Shown: positions 40,310 through 54,400, counted from the whole stretch's first letter. The stretch is DNA of 61,435 nucleotides, filler included, from Hausera hauseri (GCA_046269625.1; 9 parts of 9 records of this genome joined end to end with filler, not necessarily neighbours in it); one strand, 5' to 3'. Notes: generated by a model not told the origin, from the sequence alone. Made by a program: numbers and translations.

Positions 40310-42344
40310 ATAATGTCCATAAGCAACTGATCGGTTTTTCTCAATCCATTGGCGTTTATCGTCAAAGGGATCCAATGCTTTCTTTTTTGAGCAGATTGAC
40401 ATAAGTTGATGGTTTTTACTGCCAATTCATTCTTGGTCCACTATAGTCCCACAACCGGTTTCATAAGCTTGTAAGTAGCTATCGAATTGTAAATCTGATT
40501 GTTTTAGATTTACACCCTTGCACTTGAGAACTGGTTTGTTTTGAGTTTTGAGAGCATAGGATTTCGGTCGTAGGAAAATCGCCTCCTGATACTGAACGCT
40601 GCCCTTGCTTTCGTCTTTAAATTTCCCAATTACTGATGCAAAACGAGTCGAATACAGCGGATCACTCTTATCATATTTTGATGTATCTAATTGTTCATTT
40701 GTTATCATTGCAGGTAAAAGTCGGGATTGTAAGTCCACACCACAGAATTCAATGAAGAAACTGTCAGTGTCACCAGCAACAACATTATGTTCACAATTGA
40801 ACTCCAACTTGATGTAATTCAATTCATACATTTGTAACTTAGACAGATCAAGTACGGCCTGACCGATGTATGATGGTCTATTTAATGTGACCATATCTTT
40901 GTCAAGGAGAACAGCAACCAGATCATCGGCTATGATAATGCTCTCTTTAAACTGGGCCTTATTAGCATATGTGACTAGTTTTTTAGGATTATTACACAGT
41001 CTAACGTTTGACCTATTTAGCAAATTCTTTACTGTTTTACCGTATAAGCTGTTGTTCTTAAGCTTAAAAAAGTCTTTTTCAAAAGGATTATTTGCGGCAG
41101 CCCTTTTAGCAGTATTTAGATCGATGTAATCCTTAAAGACATAACCCTGGTCAAACTCAACAGCCCGATGCACTTTCTCAACTACAGCACCTAACTCGAT
41201 GTACAACTGTAAGAGCATGTAGTGAACAACATAGTTGGACTTATGCTCATGTGTAAGCAGCAATTTCTTAACTTTAGAACCAGGTGGACATTTATTAATT
41301 GGAGCAAGAGGTAATTGGTCAAAATTATCATGTTTGTCAGCCGGAATGCTTAAATCAACTTCAAATACTAAGCCCCGTTTTTCCTTAACACAGTCAATGT
41401 AAGGTAATTGTTGGATCAGACTGGTCAAGACGTCCTCATCGTAAATCCAAGTCAGATTCGCAAATGACACAGGTTGTGATAAAGCCCAACTGTATAAATT
41501 ATTTACATCTATGTATAGGAGACTGGTACTTTCATCGGAGACAACCGTATGATTATTTACAAAAGTCATGCCACCGCGAATACCTGATTGAAAGAAATTA
41601 TACATCTCAGTATTTTGAATGAGTTCAATACGGCACGGATTCATTTTCAGTGCAGTTGGCCAAGATAAACCAGGAATAGAGACAAATTTAAGGGCCTCTA
41701 AACCATCCTGCAATTTAACCTCCTTTCTAAACCGTTCAAAGACATCGCCTAACAAGTATACGGCTACAACTGTCTTTAGACCAAATCAGTTGTGCTTCCG
41801 CATAATTAGTATAACTAACACAATCCAATTTCGGTGGTAACTCCTTAATAGACTGCAAGTCAGTGAAACATTTGGCTGCAGTATATGGAAAAATACCCTT
41901 TCCCTTAATAGTTTTAGAAGGAAAAGCCGACTCAGTAAATGGGTAACTGTCTAAGTTGGAAGCTAAAATCGTCAGTGAAGCCGGAAGAAACTGCAGCGAG
42001 TCGAGAAACCGAATAGATACTAACGTCTTTCCCGATTAGCGCATAATTGCATTCATTGTTAGGAACTTCTCTGTAGTTTGTGAGATAACATTTAATCCCC
42101 AACTTCCGAATTTACTAAATTCATGTTTCAAGATATGATGCAGGTCATATCCACGCAAATTGTGAAATATAACAGGTAAATTATTATCAAATTTTACTTT
42201 AACGTCGCACTGTTGATAACAACGTACTTGATTCGCAACATGACCGGGTGTGCGCACCGTGACCTTTGGCCTTCTGATGACCTTATTCGCCTCATAATTA
42301 CGAATAAGCTGTACTTTTATGTCAATTACGTGTTTGTTGAACAT
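40310..42344 (-). pseudogene. Protein-primed DNA polymerase B, divergent copy 2
   Basis: FHNLRGYDLH, GIRGG, YIDVNNLY, KLKNNSLYGK, YIGQAVLDLSK, AGDTDSFF, GKFKDE, LRPKSY. Confidence 0.93.
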
Positions 42345-45299
42345 TTGGTCAGCAACATGAATATTGACATTGGCCGATGTAGTATCAATAGCGTAATCAA
42401 GTATAGCCTACTCGTTTTCGAAAATCGTTGAATCGCAATTTTTTATAAATTCAATAAAAGTCTTCTGGAACATGTTAGGGAAGTTAATAATATTTGAGGC
42501 CAACGTATTATATAGGTAATTCAATTTGAATACATCAACAATCAGGTCATTACACCATCCAAAAAGAAATGCCTCTGACAATTCCAAAAGATGATAGTAG
42601 AACTTCATAACTTTGCATCAACTGATGAAACACAATTGTCTTCATTGTTAGTGTGATTTTTCTATATGATAAAGATCTCTGAGAATTTACTGGCGGTTAT
42701 AAAATATAATTATCCAATTTCATCCGAAATATAAAAAAATGGCACAGCAAAGAAAAAAAAATTAACTTCAAATTTCAAGCGAGTTCAAAAATTTATTACT
42801 TTGTTTAAACAACTAAAAATTATTCACATATAACATAGTTTAAATCACAAGTCTGATACTAAATTCCTCATCGCAAGTATTTACAAAATAAACAATAGTA
42901 CATATTCGTACAAGAGTTCAAACACGTCTCACTGAATCCCTTATGGAATTGCCGTAAAATATAAGATCCAGCCACGGAAAATATGTTATTACTTATTGAC
43001 GACGTATTTTGCAATGGCAATCTGCATTCCGTTGTTATTGCCATCGGGATAAAATTCCAGTTTGTGACATTTGGGAAATAATTTCGTAACGGTTTTATTT
43101 TTGACGATTTTCAGAATATTTTCAGTGTAGAATGTTGAAGTTGTAATTTTCAATATCAACATTAATTGACGGATAAAGAAAAGCAAATATTTGCTCATTA
43201 TCCACAATGGCTGACTGAACTTCTTCGGCATAAAAAACTGCTTTGCAGGCAGTTGGCAATTCAATGAAAATCAAACGCCCTCTGGATCCATTTAAGAAAA
43301 AATGCGTTACCAATTCCGGAACCATCTGTTTCAATTTCTCATAATTTACATTTTGAAAGCAGGATATAATTAACGTTCGCAGTCTGCGGTTAATGATGAG
43401 ATTTGGTATTTCGTTTCGCTGACGAAAGTTTATAGATTTAGTGATAAATTTAACGGTAGATTGTTCGTCATTGACTGTTTCTTCTGTTTATTCTACTTCG
43501 TCTCTCGTTGAATCTGCTATATTGCCAATATGATCTAGTATGAAAATACTTTCATCGTCAGTATTCTTAACTTTCTTCGCTTTATGTTTTAACGGACTTT
43601 CGGTTATGCTTTTTAATTTACATTTCTTGCTTTTTACTTTGACTTCCGCTTCATTTACAATTATTTCGGCGTCATCTGCAACATCATCAGTCTTAAGATA
43701 AGTAACCTTTTGATTCTTCTGTTGTTTCCCTTTTGGTTGTTTCGGAATAGTACCGTGGCTTTTGTTTGCTTTATTCTTATTATTTTAATTTATTACTTTG
43801 ATTCATTTTGAGGATCACCAGTTAAGAAAAATGGAATTATGAACTTTTGAGTTTTGTTTCTGTTGCGGATGGACCAAAAACTTATAGCTGTTTCACCAAT
43901 ATACACAGTCTCTACTCTTCCACGGTTCCTCCAAATAACGTTTGACGTATTGGCAACGGCAATTTTTGATTTTTGCCGAATTGCTATCGTGATCGGATTC
44001 CCGAAATATCTTTACACTAACGAATGGTTTTTCCAAAGAGTGAGAAATTGATGACGTTCGGAACCTTTTTTTCCTTTTTTTGACAAATTATTTCTATATG
44101 CTCAACCATCTGTTGCAACGTTGCTTGTGGCTAATGCTCAATGAATTTTAGCGAATATTGTCCAATGGAATGATCTAGTTTGACAGATTTGCATCGGGAG
44201 TGTTTTTCCGAACTGGTACGGCCATATTTTTGATAACTGTAAATTATGTATTTTACTGTTGACTCTGGAATACCCAAACGATTGTCTAACAAAATGTAAT
44301 CTTGATTATTTAAAAATGTGTTGACGAGTTTTTCTTTATCGAAATCTCATACAGCTGATCATATCTTCCGCTTCTTCATCTGAGCATCTGTATTATCTGC
44401 ATCATCATCGTAACTTTCTTCGTCTGTTTCTGACGATGATTTTGTTGGTTCTGCAATCTCCAAGCTAATTTGAGACAAAGGAATTCTTCGAGTGACTACC
44501 ACTTGTCGCATTACTTGATTTATCTAATTTTAATACCATCAATGTTACTCATTAGTATTTTGTCATAAGACTTATGATGTTTAATAAATTCTCAAAGTCA
44601 TGCAGGAAACGCAAAAAATATCACCGTCCAAAATCCCTTCGTTCGAATTCAATTCGATCGATAGTCGAAAAGTTGTAAAGACTAGATCTTTGTCAATGAG
44701 TAAGACAAATGCAACGTTTGGCCTGTTCGAATTTTCTCCTTTAAATGTGGATGATACTTTGTGGAAAATATCGATTTGGCGGGAAAACAGTGGAGAATCG
44801 TTGTTGAGACAGACGATAAATGTCATTGATGGTGATTTGATAATGTTTTCCAACTGTTGTTAAGACGTGGGGTGATGATATGGGAAGTAGAGTCTCGATG
44901 CGAAGTCGTGGACGTCAACTGGGTCATAGGAACCTTTGTATTCGACAAAAAATCGAGTATGCAAGTGAGCTAACAATTGTAGAAATCGGATGAGTTTTAG
45001 GACTCGGTAACATTCGCTTTTATTGTTCTAGCAGTTGATGGACACAACGGGCACTTTATATTCCAGTATATCGGCAATATGGGTGATACCCTTCCGGCGA
45101 ATTAGACTTTAAAATTAGTTGAAACCTGTCGAGATGTAGAAGCACTAGTCTGAGATTTTGGATTACGGAAATTTTCGAGTCGGAAGATCGGGCCCAACTA
45201 TGGGTCCGACTTGGCGCCAACGGAGGCCCAGCCGTGCCAAACCAAATGGGTCAAACGGCACCGCCGCTGTGGGCACCATACTATGTGCCTTTGAAATGT

Positions 45300-46520
45300 T
45301 TTCGAGGCACTACAAAGTCCGAATGTCATGAAAAATACTCGAAAAGGCCGAAAGGTGTTGTTACAGCCGTTTCCGGTATGTCAGCTGGATCCACGGGAAT
45401 CTGATGGTAGGCTTATGAATATCGATTGATGAAAATATGATTTTGCCATGGAGTTGATGTAAAATGTTGTTAATAAGAGGTAATGGATATGCATCCATTA
45501 CCGTTATGGTGTTTAATTGTCGTAAATCGCCACAAGGACTAAATGTGCCGTCCTTCTTGGTTACAATGTGTAATGGTTAGGCCCAAGGAGATTTTGACCT
45601 TCTTATACTTCCTGTTTTTTCTAGTTTGTTAAATTCCAACTCTATCGCTTTGCGTCTACGAGGAGAAAGTGGCCTAACCTTCTGTTTAATTGGTCTTTGG
45701 TGTTCAATGACAATGTGATGGTACTTTGTAGAACCAGGTTTAAAATTAGGATCTTTCTTTAATGTTCTGGCACAAGAAGTTGTTATGTAATCGCGAAGAG
45801 CTGAATTTATTTGTAAGAATGGAGATGCAGGCTGAGATGCAATGTTTATATTAGCAGTTGTTTTTTTAGTTATTGTATGAATAGAATCGTCACCATTGGT
45901 ACTATCAACACTCAATTCATTTAGTTTGATTAGAGATTTTTTAATATCGATTTCGGCATCGCAGCAAGATTCGCGAAAATTGTGTACCGTTTTGTGATTT
46001 TGTATTATCGATTGTATTTTTGATAATACGAGGCTGTTTGAGTCTGCAAGTAAATTGAGATATGATAGAAAATCAGTACCTAAGATAGGAGTTTTGATGT
46101 CAGCGACTATAAATTTCCATAGGAAGACTTCAGAGAAATGTGCTACAGTAAAAGAAAGTTGTGCAGTACCAGAAATGTACAAAGCTTGCCAAGTAGCAGT
46201 GAAAAGTCTGGCAAACGTGGGAAGTATTTTTAAGGAGTTTAAGGATGAAGAAATAAATAGACGGCTGCACCCGAGTCGATCAGAAAATTGGTGTGGCGCG
46301 GAAAAGATGCGAATTCAGGGTCCAAAAGAAAAACAGCGTTGGTACGGCGATTAAATGTTGAAAAATGGCCTTTGCCAGAGGTTGCCGTAGTTTCTGGCGG
46401 CTTTACTCCTTTTTCTAAATAAATAAAGATGTTGGTGTTTTCTGGATGTAAAACTTACACCCAGCTAAGCAGCGTTTTGCATTGTCTTTAAAATTGCTGT
46501 GTTAGATGCAGACCGCATCA
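45300..46520 (-). mobile_element. Ty3/gypsy CsRN1-like family fragment (gag end, PR, RT N-terminus)
   Basis: ILGTDFL, RPIKQKVRPLSPRRRKAIE...SKSPWA, PCGDLRQLN, TPFG. Confidence 0.88.
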
Positions 46521-46619
46521 TGTTATTGGAAACGCTGCGTATAGAACCTGCCGCCTATACAGCATCTTTTAGCATTTCGATTGAATTTGACGTGAGTAGT
46601 GAGAAAATGGCGTTCTGGC

Positions 46620-47256
46620 CCACCCCCGGGGGGGGGGTAATCGATAAATCGATTTTGCACATGCGCCGATCAATAGTGCACGCTGTGCACTATCGATCCA
46701 TGAAGTGTCTAGCAACGGTGCCGCTAGGCACCGTTGCTAAGAGCACTTTTGCACTTTCCACATATTGATCGCTGCATAGTGCAGCATTGATCGAATCGAT
46801 CGGGATAAAGTGCTAATCCATAGAGCACATCAAGGCGCATAGATTGGTGCACAGCGCAAGTGTGCAGCACATTTGCAAGTGTGCAAAAATCAATAATATT
46901 AAATTTTCGAGTTTTCAAAAATCGATTTTTGGGACTCGAGACCGGGTGCAATCGGTAGTGCACTTGATCTTGTATATGAATGTTCAGTTAGAATTTAAAT
47001 CGATTGATTGATTTTCGAATAATTCGCAAGTCGGCTAGAACCGCCATAGGCCTTTCCGTTATAAAGTTTAAATCAATGATATCAAAATGGCACATGTACA
47101 GGCGCGTGCAGTAGGCGATACACTTTCAATCAGTGCACAATTCAAGTGTGCATTGATTATCGATCGGTGTGCAGGTGCACTTTTCACTTTACACACTTTT
47201 GCAATTGTGCAGCGTAGGATTGATGGAATTGATCGGGATCAAGTGCAGTTAGATAG
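46620..47256. repeat. Palindrome/hairpin-rich non-coding element
   Basis: ATAGTGCAC-gct-GTGCACTAT (46673-46693); perfect 13-bp stem TAGCAACGGTGCC-gcta-GGCACCGTTGCTA (46710-46739); many GTGCAC/TGCA and ATCGAT/GATC motifs. Confidence 0.6.
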
Positions 47257-47595
47257 NNNNNNNNNNNNNNNNNNNNNNNNNNNNNNNNNNNNNNNNNNNN
47301 TTAATTAATTAANNNNNNNNNNNNNNNNNNNNNNNNNNNNNNNNNNNNNNNNNNNNAAATGTCTCATGTACCCGATGGCGATGATGGTTTAAAGTGTCGA
47401 CTGAATATCGAGTTACAAGGATACAAGGAAAAATCTGGTATCAAAAGCCCGATTTGGCGTATAGCTGAAGCACATTTTAATTAACAATAAATTTTGTTGT
47501 CTTTGTTGTTTTGTTATACCGTTCTTCTTTCATCAACCCAATTAACGAGTATAAATATACGTGTAATTTTAATGTTGGCATAAGAATAATGATAA

Positions 47596-48062
47596 TGAAT
47601 GATGTAAAGATTATCTTAACAGACGTAAATGCCTTTGTACCGAGACGTGTTGCAGCAAACAGTGCAGGCTACGATGTTTTTTACAATGTCAATACGACAA
47701 TTCTGGACAGCACAATCAAATGCAGAACGACTGGGATTTGATTGGCGATTACACTCGGTTACTACGGCCAACTTTTATCGAAAAGCGGATTGACAGAGCT
47801 CGGACTGACGGTTGTGGGTGGCGGCGTCATTGATTCAGACTTTCGTAGTGACATTAAGGTGTTGTTGGAAAATCAATCCAAGGAACCGTATGCTTTTTCG
47901 AAAGGCAGTGCCATCGCACAAATCGTTTTTCTTTGATGCGAAGAGGCGGAATTCAGTGTAATGTCATCAGAATAATAGAAATTGTTCTTCATCAATGAAT
48001 CGATACGAAATGAATGCAAAGAATTTGGCTTTGGCGGTATGGACAAAAGGAATTATGTTTAA
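47596..48062 (+). pseudogene. dut: dUTPase
   Basis: PRRVAANSAGYDV, GYYGQLLSKSG, GGVIDSDFRSDIKV, SAIAQIVF. Confidence 0.92.
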
Positions 48063-48134
48063 TGATTTTGATAATAATAATAGTTAGTTGTTTTGCTTGT
48101 TATAAACAAAAAATGATTTTGTACAAGATAAGTA

Positions 48135-48605
48135 ATGGCAACAGGATTTATAGATATTGAAGCTTTCTGAGATGATAATGCTCGGTACATAATATAGGAA
48201 TTATGCATTATGGACGTGAGTAACATTCTTGAACCGCTTGTGTACATATTCAAGCCCGGTATTGTGTGAGAAGACCTGACAAAAAAATATAAAATTATAA
48301 ATGGATTTCTCTTTCGACATCGTCATGGACTTTATTTGTATTAAGGCAATTTAATTTTCTGTATGGCGTGTATTACGGGAGAGATTTGTGATCGTTTTGA
48401 TATTGAAAATACAATATTTTACATTAGAGATCAAATTGACGGGCAAAAGTTTACACAACACCATTCACTGTTTTTTGACTTGCGAATGACGACGTGTTCA
48501 ACAACATCGAACAACTCGCTGGCGATAGTACTTGACAATATCCAATGTCAGTATCGTGATCATGTCTATGGCTTTGTATTGACTATGTTTCATGCAAATA
48601 AATAA
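48135..48605 (+). pseudogene. DEDD-like small protein, copy 2
   Basis: MATGFIDIEAF..., homologous to 32907-33389. Confidence 0.6.
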
Positions 48606-49007
48606 ATGTATTTCTGTTTCTTTTTTCTTTCCGTAAATAAAGTACGCTGTATTGATCAGCTGAATAAGTCAAAAATTATAAATACGGGTAGGAAGTAATA
48701 TTAGTCATCATGGAAATAGTTAATCAACTGAAGCAATTGCAAAATTTTTATGGATTATCAATTTCAGACTTGGTACGATGGCGGTAAGTACTTGATAGTG
48801 ATTTGATTGCGAGAGAAGCAGGTGATTTTGGATTCAAAGAAGATTTAGCGTCAATAGCATTGATGACAGCAACAAGAGATTGCAGCTCTATAGAAATTCT
48901 AATTACTGTGTTAAATCAAATGTACAATCACCGATTGTACGATACAAATGACTTTTAATACTGTTGGAAAGGTACGCGGTAGATTAACGAATTTGAAATA
49001 GAAAATA

Positions 49008-49190
49008 ATGGACAAAGTACGAGACTGTCAGCTTATGTGTGTACTATATAAACAAAGAAAGTGGATGCGGTATTATTAATGTGAGGCCATCTTGTTTGTC
49101 AAATGTGTGACACCAAAGTAACATCCCAATGTCCAGAATGTAAATGTGCTATAATGAAAATTGTAAACATGGACTTCAATAACGTATAGG
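49008..49190 (+). pseudogene. C3HC4 RING finger (IAP-like spacing)
   Basis: CVLYKQRK/VDAVLLM*GHLVCQMCDTKVTSQCPECKCAI across one frameshift. Confidence 0.7.
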
Positions 49191-50039
49191 TAATTTGTAT
49201 CATTGTGATAGGAGACAATACTCACAAAGTAAATGTCTTGTTTTCAATGAAAACAAACCTTTGATATAAATAGAGATGCAATTTCATTTCACGTTTGTCT
49301 TATTTAAAAAGTGTTTTTGGTAAACAATTTAGCAGGTGACAGTCTCTCAAAAAATCCACGGTACAGCGAATATTCTTTCAGAAATTTCCGACTGTATAAT
49401 AGATGCAACTTACATTATCTGTGCAACGCTATTCAATTGCCATTGACGCAAATGGTCAAAATCAAACCGGTAAAATATGGTCTATTGGTGAAAAAGATCT
49501 GCGACAATGATTCGGATACGATGAAAGACAGAATTAGAAAGGTTGACAGTGATTTGGCGTTGAGTAACAATATCCGAGATACATTGTCGATTTTTTTCAA
49601 AAGAAATATGGCGAAACAGCAGCAGCAGTTTTGTCACTGGAAGGAACTAAAGGCTATCTGACACTGAAGCTCAAAGGATTCAAGGAGATGAGCGGCGTCA
49701 AATTTCCAATATGGAAAATTTGGAAGTTTACTATGATTTAACTGACTTACTTTGTGTTTTTGTGATTTAGTTTTTTTCCGATCAATAAATAAATGCATTC
49801 CTGTTACATATTTTACTTTCTCGTGCAAGGTAGTTGTTTCACTTTTACTTCTCTCTTACTTAATAATAATAGCTTAAGTAAGTAACCGAAAAAAAACACA
49901 AAAGACACTGAACAAAATACGTTGTTGAAATATAAAAAGCAATATACATCGAATAATTGTCAATGATTGTCACAGTAACTAAACTGAACTGAACGGAACT
50001 GATGAGTCTGAACTGACAGAGCACCTATTGTTTGGACGT

Positions 50040-51333
50040 GCATTTATTTCAGCCACCAATGTCTATACGCTTAACTCTCATTTCGCCCCNNNNNNNNNNC
50101 CCACTTTCGCATATCATCGTTACATGACAAAGCGAATTTCGCACTAGTTATTGTGAACAGCTGATGTTCAATTGATCGGTGATCGTTTGAGACATAACAG
50201 CCACTGATTGTCCTCCTTCTGCTGTTTCTTCACATATACGGCGGTAATCAACGTGGTCGATTTTCGCCTGTTTCAGCTTTTCTCCTTTTTCCGCATTTTC
50301 GGTCCACAGTCCATCAGAAGACTGTAGCACTTTGGGCGTAGGAATATCCATTCCCAATACTGAACCCTGCCTTCACTTTTATCCTTGAAGTAGCCGATTT
50401 TGTTGGTAATCGCGCTGCTTTACAACGGATGATCCGGTGGATAGTTGGACGTGTCCAGTAATCCATCTGACCGCATTTCTGCAATAGCTGTTAGCGATTG
50501 CCTTTTTTCAGCTGCAGGAAAAAAACTGTCTGTGTCACCGGCAATTATACTAATGTTACAGCCGTCAAACGTTTGCCGGTAACGTGCCAAATCGTGATAT
50601 TATAGCTCATACATCCGCAACTTACTCAGGTCCAATACCACTTGTCCGATGTAACTTGGCCGGTCCAGAACGACTTCTTGTCTATTTAACAGCACCGCAA
50701 GCAATGCATCGGCAATGTGCATTGGCCGCCTGAACTGTGCCTTGCTCGTGTACGTGACCAACCGCTTTTCGCTATTGCGTAGGCGTACATTAAGCCGCTT
50801 TTTCAGATTCGCTACTGTTTTCTGTACAGAGAATTGTTTTTCAGCTTGTAGTAGTCCTTTTCGAACCTTGTACAAGCTGCGGCTCGTTTTTCCTAATTTC
50901 TGTCTACGTACGCCTTGAATATGGGAGCCTGAACAGATCGGATTGCACGATGTAGCTGTGTGACGCGAACACCGAGCTGCATGTAGAACTGTAGTAAACG
51001 TCAATGGACCACGTAATTTAGCTTCGGTTCATGCGCATGAGCAGTTTCTTCACTTTTGAGCCTGGCAGACATTGGTTAAATGGTGCGACCAGTAAATCGT
51101 AAAAAACGTCATGCGGCTCATCTAGTACCACGAAATCGACCTCCATCAGGTATCCGACTGAGCCTGTCATGTCTGCTCATGGTAGGTTGGCCATTATGTC
51201 GTCCAGATCTTATCTGTCGAGAAGCCATTTGAATGAACCATACGGCAAGGGTTGCGAAAGCGCCCAGCCGTGCAGGTTATTAATATCAATATACATCATT
51301 GATATGGCATCGGTAGCACTGACTTGATGCTTG
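50040..51333 (-). pseudogene. pPolB C-terminal half, copy 3 (close to copy 1)
   Basis: YIDINNLHGWALSQPLP, YIGQVVLDLSKLRMYEL, GDTD, GYFKDK. Confidence 0.9.
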
Positions 51334-51433
51334 NNNNNNNNNNNNNNNNNNNNNNNNNNNNNNNNNNNNNNNNNNNNTTAATTAATTAANNNNNNNNNNN
51401 NNNNNNNNNNNNNNNNNNNNNNNNNNNNNNNNN

Positions 51434-54400
51434 TTCCTAGAATAAAATTCTAATGGCTCGTCGACACCATTAGAGATCTGGTGTAGTAAAGCACCAGTAG
51501 CTGTGGTTGAGGCATCGATTGTAAGAATAAGATCTGCCTTGGGTTTCGGATAAGCCAGTATTTCTACTGTTTTAAAACCTTCGCGCAAGTGATTAAACTT
51601 GGTTACCAAATCAGGAGGCCAGTGGATCAACTGACACTTTTCTTCCGGATGATAAATGTGCGAAAGGTGCTGTAAGCTCAGAGCAATGTAGTACGTATTT
51701 GTGGATGAAGTTGAATGTGCCTAAGAAACTTCTGATGTCCGTGTTAGTCGTTGGTAGAGTTATGTTCTTCAATTGTTGTAGTTGATTCCGTTGTGGAGAG
51801 TGGCCGTGAGGAGTGATGACATGACCTAGGAAATTAACACGTTTTTGGGAAAAATGACATTTGGAGAAGTTGACTTGCAAATTGCTATGATGTAATCTAT
51901 GAAAAATAATACGAAGGTGTTCTTGATGTTGTTTGGCGGACATAGAGGCAACTAATATGTCATCAATATACGGATAAGCGAAGTCTAGGCCTGAGAGTAC
52001 GGTATCAATGTGCCTTTGGAAAGCTTGAGAAGCACTACGTAAACCAAATGGCATAAAGATATTCGTAGAAGCCAAATGAATTAATAATAGCAGTTTTCGG
52101 AATATCATCCGGTGCAACAGGAATTTGATGATATGCTTTATGCAAGTCAGTTGTGGAGTATATGTTAGTGTTGGTAAGGCTGTGCAGGATGTCATTTATT
52201 AAAGGTAAATGGTAAGCATTCAGGACTGTTAGATTATTTAATGACGGTAGTCACCACATGGTATGGTTAGTGCCATCTATCTTCGTCACAACATGCAAAG
52301 ACGAAGCCCATGGTGATTTTGATCGTCGAATAATGCCTGCCTTTTCGAGTTCATTGAACTCTGATTCAATAGCTTTTCGTTTGCGAGGTGAAAGTGGCCT
52401 TACCTTTTGTCTGATAGGTCTTTGGTCTTCGGTGACTATGTGGTGATATGTTGTAGAATGCGGATTGAAACTGATGTCCTTCTTAAGAATACGGGAACAA
52501 GAAGTTTTAATGTAGGATTTAAGATCAGAACCCAACGATAAGAATAATGAAGGCATATTATTGAAAGAATCAGTGGCTGTAATTGATGTAGAATGACTGA
52601 ATAATTCATTAACGACATTCGACTCAGCCGACTATTTCAAGATTGATTTGTTCCCACTTGATGAGATTGAAAATATTGATGAATTGTTAAGTGTGTTGTT
52701 ATCAACCGATTAACAGAATGTCAAATTGACATTTGAATGATCAGAGGAAGAAAAAGTGTCCGACTGGTCATTTGGTGAGTATTTGTTAGAATTTGCAACG
52801 AAGTTCTGCGCAGAAGACATTTATGCTTGCAGTCAACTAACAAATCGTATGCGGCCAAGAATTCGGACCCTATTATGGTCGATGTAATGTTGGCTACGTG
52901 AAATTTCCAGGAGAATTTCCCTGGTAGGTTGGAAAATGTAAAAGTCAGTTTTGTGGTTCCTACAGTGTTCAGAGGTTGTCCTCAGGCAGTGAAGAGTGGA
53001 GGAGAGAAAACTGTGTTAAACGTAGGAGCGAAAGACAAAACAAAAAGTGAAAAGGCAGCTCCTGAATCGATAAGGAAGTCTATGTGTGAGGTGTCTCCAA
53101 ATAACAGTTCAGCTTTCAACAGAAAGACTGCAGAGGCGGTGTTGAAACGGCCAAAAGATTGAACGATATTGTCTGTACCAGAATGTGCCGTAGCATTTGG
53201 TGGCATTATTGGTTTTTTGTGACTTGTTGGCAGAAAGAAGAGGAATGATGAGTGCGAGGAGGCGAAGAAGATGGAGAGAAACTAGAATTACTTTTATAAT
53301 GTTTACATCCTGACACGCACGATCTAGCCTTGGACTGATACTTTGTGTGATAAATGCAGATTGGATTGTCTACTGCATAACGTTCGTCGTAAAATCGACA
53401 GCCCAAAACACATTTCCTCGCGTCTCTGCGGAATTTACTGTAATAAATACACGTCATTCTACCATCTCTGGATTTGGATCGAGAAGAGTGCCTGGAAAAA
53501 CTGCGATTGCGTGAAATACGATTTTCGCTTCCTCGAGGCATGGATAAGTCACTCAGTTGGGCTATTATTGAAGAAATTCCTTGTTGTAGTGTGTCGAACT
53601 GCTTTTGCATCATATGCAGTTGTTGTGCAAATAAAGTTTTGTCTGAAGGTGTGTGAGCGGTTTCTGCCTCTACTGGCTATGAATTATTAGACGGCAGAAT
53701 ATCAAAACTTTTGTCTGCCAACAAAGCGAGTTTTTTAATGGCAGTAGAGTCGTCTACTACAGTGAGCAGTGCTCGGATGGAGGTTGGCAAAGATGACAAA
53801 AAATACCGACGAAGATCGGCATTGTTTGTGGGAGTGACGCCCAAGGAGCTCAATTGCGAGATGGCAGTTTTAAGGAAATCCGATGGTTTTTGATTTCCGA
53901 TGGCATGTTCATTAAAATATTTCTGAATTATGCTGTCGATAGAAGGGTCGGTGATATGTAGAATTGGTTCATACAGCATATCATATGGGTTTGAAAAAGG
54001 GAGTATGTCAGCCAGATTATTTATTTGCTGCTTGATGTTAGCTGGAAGTAATAGCAGAAAACTGTTAGCCCGCAGAAAGGAATCTGTAATGTGATTAGCT
54101 TTGAGCCATTGCAAATGAAACTGTAACCAAGTGCGGCTCGAATTCGTTTTATCTAGGAAAAATCTGTGCAGGGGAGATTCGGCGATGTAGTTGGTGTGGG
54201 GTCGACAAAACGACGACCAGACCTGGTCTTTGTGGGGTTTTCCATATAAGAAGGATCGGGGTCCGATCCACCCGTAAGCGAAAGTGGACCACGAGACAGA
54301 TGTTTGGGCGTTCGCGGCATACGAAAGATAAGAGGGAGTCTGAAGGATGTACAATAAGCCCTTTATATGTAAATTAAAAATCAGAAGTGCAATATGACGA

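Larger units (their letters stand above)
47357..51333. mobile_element. Polinton/Maverick-like segment, copy 2 (paralog of ~32150-35610)
   Basis: Visible nucleotide similarity and the same gene order: dUTPase, DEDD-like, Cys-rich ORF, convergent pPolB C-terminus. Confidence 0.88.

Noticed and set aside
42400-45150. Decayed minus-strand ORFs upstream of pPolB copy 2 as capsid/protease genes
   Set aside because: No jelly-roll, adenain or integrase motif recognisable by eye; left unassigned
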